Shown here: positions 18,952-27,906 of the stretch, in pieces
Numbering within the stretch: the first letter of the stretch is position 1
Layout: the number at the start of each line of letters is the position of its first letter
Assembly: GCA_965231015.1 (NCBI GenBank)
Contig: OZ246408.1
Coordinates: 545,237 to 609,236 of the forward strand
DNA from: an uncultured Gammaproteobacteria bacterium
GTDB taxonomy: Bacteria > Patescibacteriota > Patescibacteriia > UBA9934 > CAZDDW01
Direction: 5' to 3'
DNA length: 64,000 nucleotides
Made by a program: the position numbers and the translations under genes
The notes under the pieces: generated by a model
The model's database searches: none
What the model was told of the DNA's origin: nothing
Seen by the model: only the letters and a program-made list of their open reading frames with translations

Positions 18952-19616
18952 ACCGGTGCAATAACGATTACGAATTCACCTTTTAGGCTATCAGAATTAA
19001 GTTGGTTTGTCACTTCGGCAACAGTGCCTCGATAAAGCGTTTCGTGTAGTTTGGTTAATTCTCGACCGACCATTATTTGACGATCTTCAATCCTGGATTC
19101 GAGCTCACCTAATGTTTTTATGATCCGATGGGTTGATTCGTAGAAGACAATGGTTGATTTGAATTCAGTTAATCGATTGAAAAATCTGTTGCGTCCTTTT
19201 TTGTGTGGCGGAAAACCAAGAAATACAAATTCATCGGCTGGAAAACCGGAAACTGACAAAGCGGCAACAATGGCGGATGGACCAGGAATTGGCACAACAG
19301 AAAGTTTGTCACCAAATTTTTTTATGGCTTCTTCTATCAGAATTCCGCCCGGGTCAGAAATGCCGGGTGTTCCCGCATCGGTCACAAGAGCAATATTTTT
19401 GGTCTCGAGTTCGTCTAAGATTTTTTTGAGTTTGCTCCGGTTTGAGTGTTGATGAAAACTTTCAGTCGAAACATTGATCTCAAAGGCTTTGAGCAACTTT
19501 CCGGTGACTCGGGTATCTTCACACAAAATCAAATCAACGTTACGCAAGGTTTCGAGTACTCGAGCTGACACATCCTGTAGATTCCCGATCGGTGTGGCAA
19601 CTATGTATAAAGTCAT
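18948..19616 (-). CDS. rsmI: 16S rRNA (cytidine1402-2'-O)-methyltransferase
   Basis: LYIVATPIGNLQDVSARVLETLRNVDLILCEDTR and GTPGISDPG motifs. Confidence 0.9.
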   Translation of the reverse strand: MTLYIVATPIGNLQDVSARVLETLRNVDLILCEDTRVTGKLLKAFEINVSTESFHQHSNRSKLKKILDELETKNIALVTDAGTPGISDPGGILIEEAIKKFGDKLSVVPIPGPSAIVAALSVSGFPADEFVFLGFPPHKKGRNRFFNRLTEFKSTIVFYESTHRIIKTLGELESRIEDRQIMVGRELTKLHETLYRGTVAEVTNQLNSDSLKGEFVIVIAPV

Positions 19617-19671
19617 AAGATTAGAACCGCCATTACTAGTATGGCCGGACGAGTTATGGTGGAAAATTAAT

Positions 19672-20832
19672 TTAAAATTCTATGATTTCAGAATTTTTCA
19701 AAGCATTATTGACCAACAATTCAACATTGAGCTTTCCTTCTTCTTCACGAGCAACCCTGACTGATCCCTTGGTTACTGGATGGCGCGGCACAAACAAACT
19801 GCAGCAGTCACCGTGCGGAACAATGGATTGTTCGTATGTATTAATGGTCTTGGCTTCATTAATGATTTCATTCTTGTCCATACCGATTAACGGTCTAAGG
19901 ATTGGAATGGTCACCGCATCATTAATAGCGGCAATATTTTCAAGGGTCTGTGATGCAACTTGTCCTACCGCCTCTCCGGTAACGAGTGCTCTGGCTTTTT
20001 CTTTTTTGGCAACGGCTTCAGCTATGCGATACATAAACCGGCGATAAAGTACGACTCGATAGTCGCCTTTGGTTTCCTGAACAATTGCTTTTTGAATTTC
20101 AAGAAATGGAACAAGGTATAGCTTGGTTTTTATTTGCCATCCTGACAGTATTTCAGCTAATTCAACAACTTTATCAACACTGGCTCGATCGGTTTGGGGG
20201 CGCGAGTGAAAATGCACGAATACGACCTCACATCCGCGTTTCATGAGTCGCCAGCTAGCGACCGGAGAATCGATTCCTCCGGAGAGTAATGAAACGACTT
20301 TCCCGCTTGAACCAACCGGGAGTCCACCAAAAGCCCGGATCTTATCGGCAAAAACAAAAGCTTCTTGGTCGACAATCTCAATTTGAATTTCAAGATCCGG
20401 GTCTTTGATCTTCACTTTTTTATCATCGGAGTTATCCAGAATATAAGCCCCGACTTCCCGACTGACTTCCATGCTGTTCATGGGAAAAAGCTTGTTGGAG
20501 CGTCGGGTGGTCACACGGAAGGTGTCCCAGTCTAAATTTTTTGCAAAGTTCAGAGCCACTGCTTTGATTTCATCGAATTTGGCCTTGGTCTTAACGGCTG
20601 GTGAAAAATGGGACACCCCAAAAACCCGACGAAGCTGCTCGATGATTTGCTCCAGTTTTGGTTTTGACCCGAGCTCAATCAAGATTCGTCCAGCAATTCG
20701 ATTGACCGATTTGATACCAGTTCCTTTGAGGGAGTGTTTGATGTTGTTGATTAATTGGTCCTCAAAACGTTTTCGGTTTTTACCTTTTAATCCGATTTCA
20801 GCGTAGTGAACAATAAAATGAGTTGGCTTCAT
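19672..20832 (-). CDS. thiI: tRNA 4-thiouridine(8) synthase
   Basis: THUMP-like N-half and a PP-loop, SLLSGGIDSPVASW. Confidence 0.9.
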   Translation of the reverse strand: MKPTHFIVHYAEIGLKGKNRKRFEDQLINNIKHSLKGTGIKSVNRIAGRILIELGSKPKLEQIIEQLRRVFGVSHFSPAVKTKAKFDEIKAVALNFAKNLDWDTFRVTTRRSNKLFPMNSMEVSREVGAYILDNSDDKKVKIKDPDLEIQIEIVDQEAFVFADKIRAFGGLPVGSSGKVVSLLSGGIDSPVASWRLMKRGCEVVFVHFHSRPQTDRASVDKVVELAEILSGWQIKTKLYLVPFLEIQKAIVQETKGDYRVVLYRRFMYRIAEAVAKKEKARALVTGEAVGQVASQTLENIAAINDAVTIPILRPLIGMDKNEIINEAKTINTYEQSIVPHGDCCSLFVPRHPVTKGSVRVAREEEGKLNVELLVNNALKNSEIIEF

Positions 20833-20837
20833 AGGCT

Positions 20838-21944
20838 TTAGTGTTCGTAAAGTTCAGTACCTGGGAAGTGGGCCACCCAACAAAACCAATAGCTTGGGGT
20901 CGTGATGATTTCTTTGAGTTGAACGCCTGCCAGTTCCCCATCCAGACCAAATCCATAGAAGCTCCAAACAGTACCGGTTTGTTCATCCATGAGCAGATCT
21001 CCGTTCCATTTAAATGTGAGAGTTTGGTTATCCACAACTCGCGAAAAAGTGCGGGTTGTCAAAAAATCTTTGTCATGCATGATCACGATTTTCAGGTCTT
21101 TCACCGTATCATTAATGACTGTTTCCAGGCTTATTTGATCCATACTCCAAGCTTTTGCATATTGAGTTCCCTGATGGAAACCAAGCACCATATCCTTGAT
21201 GGCCAGCCTGGTGTCGACGTGGTGTAAAGGAAAACGGATATCTGTATTTTCATAATATTCCCAGTATGGATCCATGGTGTAGTCGCGCTCGGCTCCGGTG
21301 TTACGGTTCAGGGCATAACCGTTCGGGTATTGACTCTTGAAAGCTTCCCAGTTTATTAGTGTGGCTGGGCGTTGTTCAAGCTCGAGTCCCGGCTCGTTTC
21401 CTTTGATCTGTATTCCGAAAATTTGTGACCAGTAAGAATTATCTTCGTGTGAATACATGACTAGGTTGTTTTCATAAAGACTGCCCGTGGTTCCAAATGT
21501 CGTTTCTCCTCGTTCATATACGGCAACGCTGTGGCAAAGTGGGCAATATGTAACAGCAAGGTTGATGCCGTCTAAGTCATCATTAACGATTTCGTGCCAG
21601 GACATAATCTGAAAAGAAAAGAAAAGCGGTTCTTCTCCATCCGTCACCGCGATTCCAAGGCCGCTATCACTTAAATAAGTATCAGCCATTCCAATAGAAT
21701 CGTAGTGCGGATCGTTAATCGCTGGAATGGCATCCTGACTTGTAACTTGGGTGATTCTTTCAGGCAGAACAATCAATTGATCGCCATCTTTTTCTCGTTG
21801 ATCTTCCAAAAGTGAACTAACGCCACGGGTGACCACGGTTTCTACCGGCTTAGGAATCATCTGGTATAACCAAAATTGGTATCCAATGATACCAAGGCTG
21901 GCCAAAACAACTAATATAATTCCAATGATGCTTGTTTTGTTCAT
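20838..21944 (-). CDS. DUF3179 domain-containing protein
   Basis: VTYCPLCHS signature. Start moved to Met19 (MNKTSIIGIILVVLASLG anchor). Confidence 0.7.
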   Translation of the reverse strand: MNKTSIIGIILVVLASLGIIGYQFWLYQMIPKPVETVVTRGVSSLLEDQREKDGDQLIVLPERITQVTSQDAIPAINDPHYDSIGMADTYLSDSGLGIAVTDGEEPLFFSFQIMSWHEIVNDDLDGINLAVTYCPLCHSVAVYERGETTFGTTGSLYENNLVMYSHEDNSYWSQIFGIQIKGNEPGLELEQRPATLINWEAFKSQYPNGYALNRNTGAERDYTMDPYWEYYENTDIRFPLHHVDTRLAIKDMVLGFHQGTQYAKAWSMDQISLETVINDTVKDLKIVIMHDKDFLTTRTFSRVVDNQTLTFKWNGDLLMDEQTGTVWSFYGFGLDGELAGVQLKEIITTPSYWFCWVAHFPGTELYEH

Positions 21945-21954
21945 GGTTAAACAA

Positions 21955-22185
21955 TTATAAATCGAGTTTGTTTTTGAGCTTTTCCTCGTCAAAACCAACC
22001 ATTATTTCTCCGTCGATTTCGATTTGTGGCACCACCATCTGTCCTGATTTCTTCATAAGTTCCTCGCCAGCGGCCTGGTCAGTAGCTAAATCGATATCCT
22101 CAAATTCGACATTGTTCTTGGTTAGAAATTCCTTGGCCATTTTGCAGTATGGGCAGGTTGGAGTTGAATATACTTTTACCGTCAT
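21955..22185 (-). CDS. Glutaredoxin-family small redox protein
   Basis: 76 aa with the CPYC active site in VKVYSTPTCPYCKMAKEFL. Confidence 0.85.
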   Translation of the reverse strand: MTVKVYSTPTCPYCKMAKEFLTKNNVEFEDIDLATDQAAGEELMKKSGQMVVPQIEIDGEIMVGFDEEKLKNKLDL

Positions 22186-22195
22186 AGTTTTTTTG

Positions 22196-23692
22196 TTAAA
22201 ACTTACGGATTAATTCTAACATGGTTCGAACACCCACTCCAGTTGCCCCGTGTTGGTAATACGCTGTTAAGGGTTTTTCTGCGTAAGACGGTCCGGCAAT
22301 GTCTAAGTGGGTCCATGGGGTTTTATTAACGAACTTTTCTAAAAACAGAGCTGCTTTGGTTGCCCCGGCCTCACGGCCACCTAAGTTATTCATGTCTGCT
22401 ACCTTTGATTCAAGTCGCTTTCGAAAGCGATCATCATCAAGTGGCAATTCCCACATTTTTTCTCCGGCCAGGTCACAGGCTTCAAATAGCTTGTTAAGTA
22501 AGGTGTCATCATTTCCCATCACCCCAGTACGGTTTTCACCAAGCGCGACAATAACCGCCCCGGTTAGCGTGGCCAGGTCAACAATGGCATCCGGTTTTTG
22601 TTTTACTGCATATGAAAGCGAATCGGCCAAGGTAACCCGACCCTCGGCATCAGTATTTTGAATCTCAATAGTTTTACCGTTCATGGCGGTTACAATATCA
22701 CCCGGCCGAATCGAGTTTCCACCAGGCATGTTTTCACACGCGGCAAAAATTCCATCAACCGCAATTTTTGGCTTCAGCGCATGTAGGGCGGAAAAAACAC
22801 CTAGCACCGTGGCACCACCGGCCATATCAATTTTCATTTGTACCATTCCCTCAGCCGGCTTCAGAGAAAGTCCACCAGAATCAAAGGTAATGGCTTTTCC
22901 AACAAGTGACAGTTTCTTTTTGCTGTTTGGTGGATTGTATGAAAGATGCACCATATATGGTTCTGCGTGTGATCCTTGCGCAATCGATAAGAAAGCTCCA
23001 GCCTTCATGGTCTCGAGACGAGCTCGATCCATAACCTTACATTTGATCACTCCTTTGCTATTTTTGGCAATTTCTTTGGCCGCGGCCACCATGTCCTCCG
23101 GTTTCATAAATTGAGCAGGAGTATTAACGAGGTTCTGGGCAACTACTGTTCCGGCCGCCATGATTGATCCAAGTTCAATTCCCTTTTGAGCACCGCGTAC
23201 GGTTGGCATTCTCCGAGTCATAATAATAAACTGCTCGATCTTGCTTTTCTTTTTCTTGTTTTTATAAGCGTCAAATTCGTAGGCGGCAAGGTATACTCCT
23301 TCGGCCATAGCTTGTCCTGATTCAGCCGGCTTCAAGCCACCCCAACCAGCTCCGTGTAAAATTGTAACGATTTTTTTAAGACCGAGCTTTTTAGCGGCAT
23401 TAAAAGACACAGCTGTAGCTTCACGAACTGCTTCCATATCAAACTTGTCTTTTTTACCAAGCCCAACCACCATGACACGTTTGGCTGGGATCAAACCTTC
23501 GGTACGAATCAAAATTGATTCCCCACTTTTCCCTTTAAAACCTTCCTCTTTCCAGATTTTTTTTATGAGTCCGTCTGTGGCCTCATTCACGGCTCCAGTG
23601 GCTCCGCCAGGCTCGGTTCCTTCAAATTCATTAATAACCAGAAGATCACATTTTTCTTCGGTTAAATCACCTTTTTGCACGATAATTTCCAT
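22196..23692 (-). CDS. pepA: Leucyl aminopeptidase (M17)
   Basis: NTDAEGR motif, KAITFDSGG and MKIDMAGGA blocks. Confidence 0.9.
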   Translation of the reverse strand: MEIIVQKGDLTEEKCDLLVINEFEGTEPGGATGAVNEATDGLIKKIWKEEGFKGKSGESILIRTEGLIPAKRVMVVGLGKKDKFDMEAVREATAVSFNAAKKLGLKKIVTILHGAGWGGLKPAESGQAMAEGVYLAAYEFDAYKNKKKKSKIEQFIIMTRRMPTVRGAQKGIELGSIMAAGTVVAQNLVNTPAQFMKPEDMVAAAKEIAKNSKGVIKCKVMDRARLETMKAGAFLSIAQGSHAEPYMVHLSYNPPNSKKKLSLVGKAITFDSGGLSLKPAEGMVQMKIDMAGGATVLGVFSALHALKPKIAVDGIFAACENMPGGNSIRPGDIVTAMNGKTIEIQNTDAEGRVTLADSLSYAVKQKPDAIVDLATLTGAVIVALGENRTGVMGNDDTLLNKLFEACDLAGEKMWELPLDDDRFRKRLESKVADMNNLGGREAGATKAALFLEKFVNKTPWTHLDIAGPSYAEKPLTAYYQHGATGVGVRTMLELIRKF

Positions 23693-23753
23693 AAAAACGT
23701 TGGTTACTTTTCTTGAGTGCTAAGCTTAGCGTAAAAATGCTTAATAATCAAGA

Positions 23754-23776
23754 GAACCGACCTTTCTGGTCGGTTC
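23754..23776 (-). terminator. Terminator-like hairpin after the alkylation-repair gene
   Basis: Perfect 9-bp stem GAACCGACC-TTTCT-GGTCGGTTC overlapping the stop codon. It is followed on the minus strand by a U-rich tract. Confidence 0.5.
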
Positions 23777-24485
23777 ATGACATGGCCTGTTTCTTTTTTT
23801 TCTGTGGCATCTTCTCGATCGCGTACCGCAGAGCCGTGCGCGGCATTCTGTCTTTGTATTTCATAACAAAGTCAAAAACCTCTTTTTGATTATGCTCAGC
23901 TGTAGTTTTTAACATCCAGCCATATCCTTTTTGAACCAAATCGTCCTGATTCATCATTAGTTTGTCTGCCACCCAAAAAACATCTTTCCGTACGTCTCGA
24001 GCCTTTTGAATCGGGCCAATAAAACTAACGGCCGCTGCTCTTTTAACCCATCGGTTTCGAGACTTTACGTAAGCTCTGACTTTTGGAATCAGACTCGGAT
24101 ACCGAGATAAAAGCTCGCTCATGGCATGAGTGCAAAACGTATCAACCAGGGCCCAATTGGTCAGGTAGTTCTTTACGATCTTGTCGAAAAATTTGAAATC
24201 GGATTCAGTGAACTCTTTTTTCCGACGATAGATCCAGTCAAAACCAATGATCGCCTCCTCGTTCATATTCGATTTAATCAATTCTTCTGCCAAATCAAAC
24301 ACTTCTTGCTTACTCAAGTGTTTTATCTTGGCATACGCTTCGCTTCCGATTGTTTTAACATGAGGTGATCGAACACCCCAGCATTTAATGGGTTCCTTAT
24401 AAAAACGAATAGCACCATCTCGATACGGAATGTCGACATGTTTCTTAAGTTCTTTTCGAACGTCAGAAATGGTTTTAGTAGCCAT
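23775..24485 (-). CDS. DNA alkylation repair protein (AlkD-like HEAT-repeat family)
   Basis: 236-aa helical repeat protein. The motifs NWALVDTFC and RWVKRAAAVSF resemble the AlkD/AlkC-like family. Confidence 0.55.
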   Translation of the reverse strand: MATKTISDVRKELKKHVDIPYRDGAIRFYKEPIKCWGVRSPHVKTIGSEAYAKIKHLSKQEVFDLAEELIKSNMNEEAIIGFDWIYRRKKEFTESDFKFFDKIVKNYLTNWALVDTFCTHAMSELLSRYPSLIPKVRAYVKSRNRWVKRAAAVSFIGPIQKARDVRKDVFWVADKLMMNQDDLVQKGYGWMLKTTAEHNQKEVFDFVMKYKDRMPRTALRYAIEKMPQKKKKQAMS

Positions 24486-24756
24486 GTTCGATTAGCCAAT
24501 CAACTGCTTCCGCGGCTTTTTCAATTGCTTTATCGTACCGCCCTTGCTGATAAAGTTCGCTAGATTCTAAGTAAAGTGCCTCTGATTCAGACACGTCCTC
24601 TCCAGCTCGCAGGGCCGGTCCTTGGTGAGTCGTAAATTCAACCGTGAGTTCGCGGTATCGATCAGACTGGGCATCAGTTGGTTGTGGGGTGTTTGAGCAC
24701 CCAACACCGGTCAATACTAGAGTTAAGATCAGAGCGATAAAAACTTGTTTGATCAT
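24475..24756 (-). CDS. Small lipoprotein, unknown function
   Basis: Signal peptide with lipobox LTGVGC (MIKQVFIALILTLVLTGVGCS). Confidence 0.6.
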   Translation of the reverse strand: MIKQVFIALILTLVLTGVGCSNTPQPTDAQSDRYRELTVEFTTHQGPALRAGEDVSESEALYLESSELYQQGRYDKAIEKAAEAVDWLIEHGY

Positions 24757-24761
24757 AGAAT

Positions 24762-25643
24762 TTAGTTTAATGATTCCGACAATGAATCCTCATCTTCTTG
24801 ATACTCACAATAACAATAATCAGTATCACCGTCTTCGCACTCTGCAATTGAAAAGGCACCTGTTTCTTGCTCGCCCTCTGCTTCACAACGCCCATTGAAA
24901 AAACCAACACTCTGGCAAGACTGCTGACACGCTTCAGCTGTATCAAAGACATGCGAATCTTTTAAATTTGTACAGTCTTGACCGTCAGAGCGAAAATAAT
25001 CCCACTCTTCACAAATGCGAATTTTTGAAAGATAACAATAAGAAACAGTGCCTTCCCGGGTTTCCACGGACATTGTTTCGTATCCTTTGTCTTGGCAGTA
25101 AACTGATGCCGGGTTGGCCATTGAGGTTGAGTCTGAATCAACAACATTGTCTGTATATCCACAATAAACAGTAATATCTGTAGAGTTTTCTATCAGGTTA
25201 CCTAATTCGTCTGCGATAGATTGCGTCTCAACTACGCAAGCCAAATTATCATCCAAATATCCGCTTTGAGCACTAACCGTTCCGGCTGAAACATTGTAGA
25301 CATCAAGATTAAACAAGGCGTTGATGAAAAAGTTTTCCACGGCCCTAGCGTCAACTTCGGCCGCTCCGGTGGTTTTGGTGACGTATCCGTTTAAGGTCAT
25401 TTCATTAATGACCATTTCCTCTCGGATATTCCAATTAAAAGTAACCTGTGTTGGGATTGAGAAATCAAGTCCGGTTTGAGCCTCCATTTCTTCCATAATA
25501 AACTTAATTTCTGCAAAATCGTCAGCTGGTACCTTAGTGTCTTCCGGGTCATCAATGGTTTTGCGATTCTGCCACACCATAAAAGATATTACGGCCAGAA
25601 TGAGGATGCCAATGATTAAAATGAATCTATAAGGATGGTTCAT
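24762..25643 (-). CDS. Membrane-anchored protein with a DUF333-like Cys-rich C-terminal domain
   Basis: N-terminal TM segment. The C-terminal MANPASVYCQDKGYE...GTVSYCYL...CEEWDYFRSDG resembles DUF333. Confidence 0.5.
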   Translation of the reverse strand: MNHPYRFILIIGILILAVISFMVWQNRKTIDDPEDTKVPADDFAEIKFIMEEMEAQTGLDFSIPTQVTFNWNIREEMVINEMTLNGYVTKTTGAAEVDARAVENFFINALFNLDVYNVSAGTVSAQSGYLDDNLACVVETQSIADELGNLIENSTDITVYCGYTDNVVDSDSTSMANPASVYCQDKGYETMSVETREGTVSYCYLSKIRICEEWDYFRSDGQDCTNLKDSHVFDTAEACQQSCQSVGFFNGRCEAEGEQETGAFSIAECEDGDTDYCYCEYQEDEDSLSESLN

Positions 25644-26757
25644 ATTGCAAAATGTTATATTCGAGAATTTTTATAAGTCCTAAAACAGTATGTTGGGCAT
25701 AATCGATTCTTTGTTTTTGGTTGCTTATGGAGTGTTGCCAGCCGCCGTTGTCGGTTTGCAGAGCCAGAAGATAGTTCAGGGCCAATCGAATCGAGTCAGA
25801 ATACCTTGATTGTCGAGCCTTATCCCCAACGGTTTCCGCAAGCTTATAAGCTTCAACCAGAGCCTCAACCATACTTGCCGTGGCAATTCTTGGATCATCC
25901 TTGCTAAAAGCCCCAAGTAAGGCCAGGTCGTTTGAGACTGTTATTTGTTCATTTTCGACTATCCAATCGTTCATGTCAAATACAAAATTCACCACCTCGA
26001 AATCTTGGGTTGCCTCAAAAAGTAACAACCCCATCTGACTTTGCCACGGCACGAACGCCGTGCTCTTATTTTCGACCCAATAATCACGATAGTACGTAAA
26101 TGCTTTTTGAACACTTTCAAGGTATTGAGAATCATTGGTTTGGTCGTAAGCCATCATTAAAGCGAGCATGGCTTCACCAGGGTAATAATCTTGGCCGTAG
26201 AGTAGATCCGAATCAAATTCTGGTCGGTATGATCCGTCTTCGTTTTGCAGCTCGAGAATACCGTTAGTATACAACCGGATTTCCTCTTCCCTGCTTGAGT
26301 CATTGAGATGGAAGAGATCGATTACAAGAAAAGCATTCATGGCAAGTTCAGCCTTTTCAAAATCAAGATAGCAGTAGTCATTATTACAACTCGACTCTTC
26401 AAGATAAAAGTCCAGTGTCTTTTTGATTGGGGCTGAAAGCTCGTCCTTGCCAACAGAGCGAACGAGTTCGATCATGGACCAAACCGAAGCCAGTTCTCGA
26501 ATCTCATTGTCCTCGTCTGAGAATGATTCAGTGGTTGGGTCAAACTCATATTCAAGCTGTCCTGTCTCTTGATTAATCATAAACTCGAACCAGTCCGCGG
26601 TTCGTTCTATTCTAGGAGCAAGATCCGAGTCTGAATAATCAAGCTCAAGGTCACTGGCTCGATAATACGGTCCATCCCAAACGATGAAATATAAAAAACC
26701 AAGCAGATATACCACCAGGCTGATTCCCAAAATGAAAATGATTCGCAAACCTCGCAT
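25627..26757 (-). CDS. Membrane-anchored protein with prenyltransferase/terpene-cyclase-like repeats (tentative)
   Basis: 376 aa with an N-terminal TM segment. QW-like motifs LQNEDGSY and LQTDNGGWQH suggest an alpha/alpha-toroid fold. Confidence 0.4.
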   Translation of the reverse strand: MRGLRIIFILGISLVVYLLGFLYFIVWDGPYYRASDLELDYSDSDLAPRIERTADWFEFMINQETGQLEYEFDPTTESFSDEDNEIRELASVWSMIELVRSVGKDELSAPIKKTLDFYLEESSCNNDYCYLDFEKAELAMNAFLVIDLFHLNDSSREEEIRLYTNGILELQNEDGSYRPEFDSDLLYGQDYYPGEAMLALMMAYDQTNDSQYLESVQKAFTYYRDYWVENKSTAFVPWQSQMGLLLFEATQDFEVVNFVFDMNDWIVENEQITVSNDLALLGAFSKDDPRIATASMVEALVEAYKLAETVGDKARQSRYSDSIRLALNYLLALQTDNGGWQHSISNQKQRIDYAQHTVLGLIKILEYNILQYEPSL

Positions 26758-26758
26758 A

Positions 26759-27547
26759 TTATTTTATGGGGATTTCTAACCAGAAGGTGCTCCCTTTTCC
26801 CTCTTGACTCTTAAAACCAATATCACTATTGTGAAACTCCACCATTCGTTTAGACAAATGCAAACCAATTCCCAATCCATCAGGATTAACCGTTCTGACA
26901 TTGGAACCGCGATAAAACACATCGAAGATTTTTTACTGTTCAGCTTTTGGTATTCCCAAGCCTTGGTATTCAGGTAGATAAAAACTCACGTGTTCGTGAA
27001 GACCAGGAATCGGTTGACCGGGTTTGATTTCTACAATATCATAAGTCCCTTTTGTCCAAGTGGCTTTACCAGTGGCAAGATCCATTTTCCAACCACTGAT
27101 CTTAGCAATTTTTTTAACCTTACGAAGCAGTTCTTGTTTTTCAGATAATTGTTTCTCTGTTTCTTTACGTTTAGAAATATCACGCGCTGAATCCCACATG
27201 TAAAGTGGATTTTTATTTTTGTCAAAAACAGTGAAAGAACTTAAAATGGTTCCGTTCTTTTTGACATACCCTTTTTCATAAATGCCGCTGTACCCGTTTT
27301 TCTTCAGTCGTTTTTCCACGATCTCATTCATTTCCCACTGATGCCATTTTTTTAGAGCTATCTTTAAAAAGTTTAAACCAATTATTTCCTTTTTTGGATA
27401 TCCGACGATTTTTACAAAAGCTTTGTTAACGTTAGTAGTGTTACCCTCCAGGTCGATCATAACAAAACTGTCTCGGAAGTTCTCGAACATTTCCTTGTAT
27501 CTTGTTTCACACACACCCGGACACTTATGAGCTTGCTTTTTGGGCAT
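26759..27547 (-). pseudogene. Decayed PAS-domain sensor histidine kinase
   Basis: A 204-aa PAS ORF (26933-27547) ends at an in-frame TAA. The same frame continues as KIFDVFYRGSNVRTVNPDGLGIGLHLSKRMVEFHNSDIGFKSQEGKGSTFWLEIPIK*, which is the G1/G2 end of HATPase_c. The HisKA phospho-acceptor and the N-box are missing altogether. Confidence 0.7.
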
Positions 27548-27549
27548 GA

Positions 27550-27906
27550 TTAGACTCGTGACTTATCAAGGTGTAGGTAGAATATGACTTTGGTGTAATA
27601 GTCTAGACCCAAATAAATTAACGCGGAAGTAAAATTTGTAATTACACCTGTTCCTTCCGGGGCTAGAATGAAGATAATCGGAAAAAATGACCAACCAAAC
27701 ATAATATAGGGCAGAGCCAATTTGTTGTTTTTATTACCCTTGTCTTGGAACAGTAATTTTATTTGAAGAATGTAATAGATACACCCAAGGCCAAAAATGA
27801 TCCACAAATGAGCAATGAGATTAATCCGAAAATATGAACTGATTGGATTGTAAAAAAATCCATAAGAGGTCTGATTAATGATATTATAGCAAAAAAAGTG
27901 GTAAAT
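27550..27906 (-). pseudogene. Microbial (type 1) rhodopsin, C-terminal fragment (helices ~D/E-G)
   Basis: The frame is open from the TAG of the upstream gene and its only start codon is a TTG. GWSFFPIIFILAPEGTGVITNFTSALIYLGLDYYTKVIFYLHL aligns with bacteriorhodopsin [44 protein letters not shown] (helix F WxxYP; helix G D...K Schiff-base lysine). Helices A-C are absent. Confidence 0.7.
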
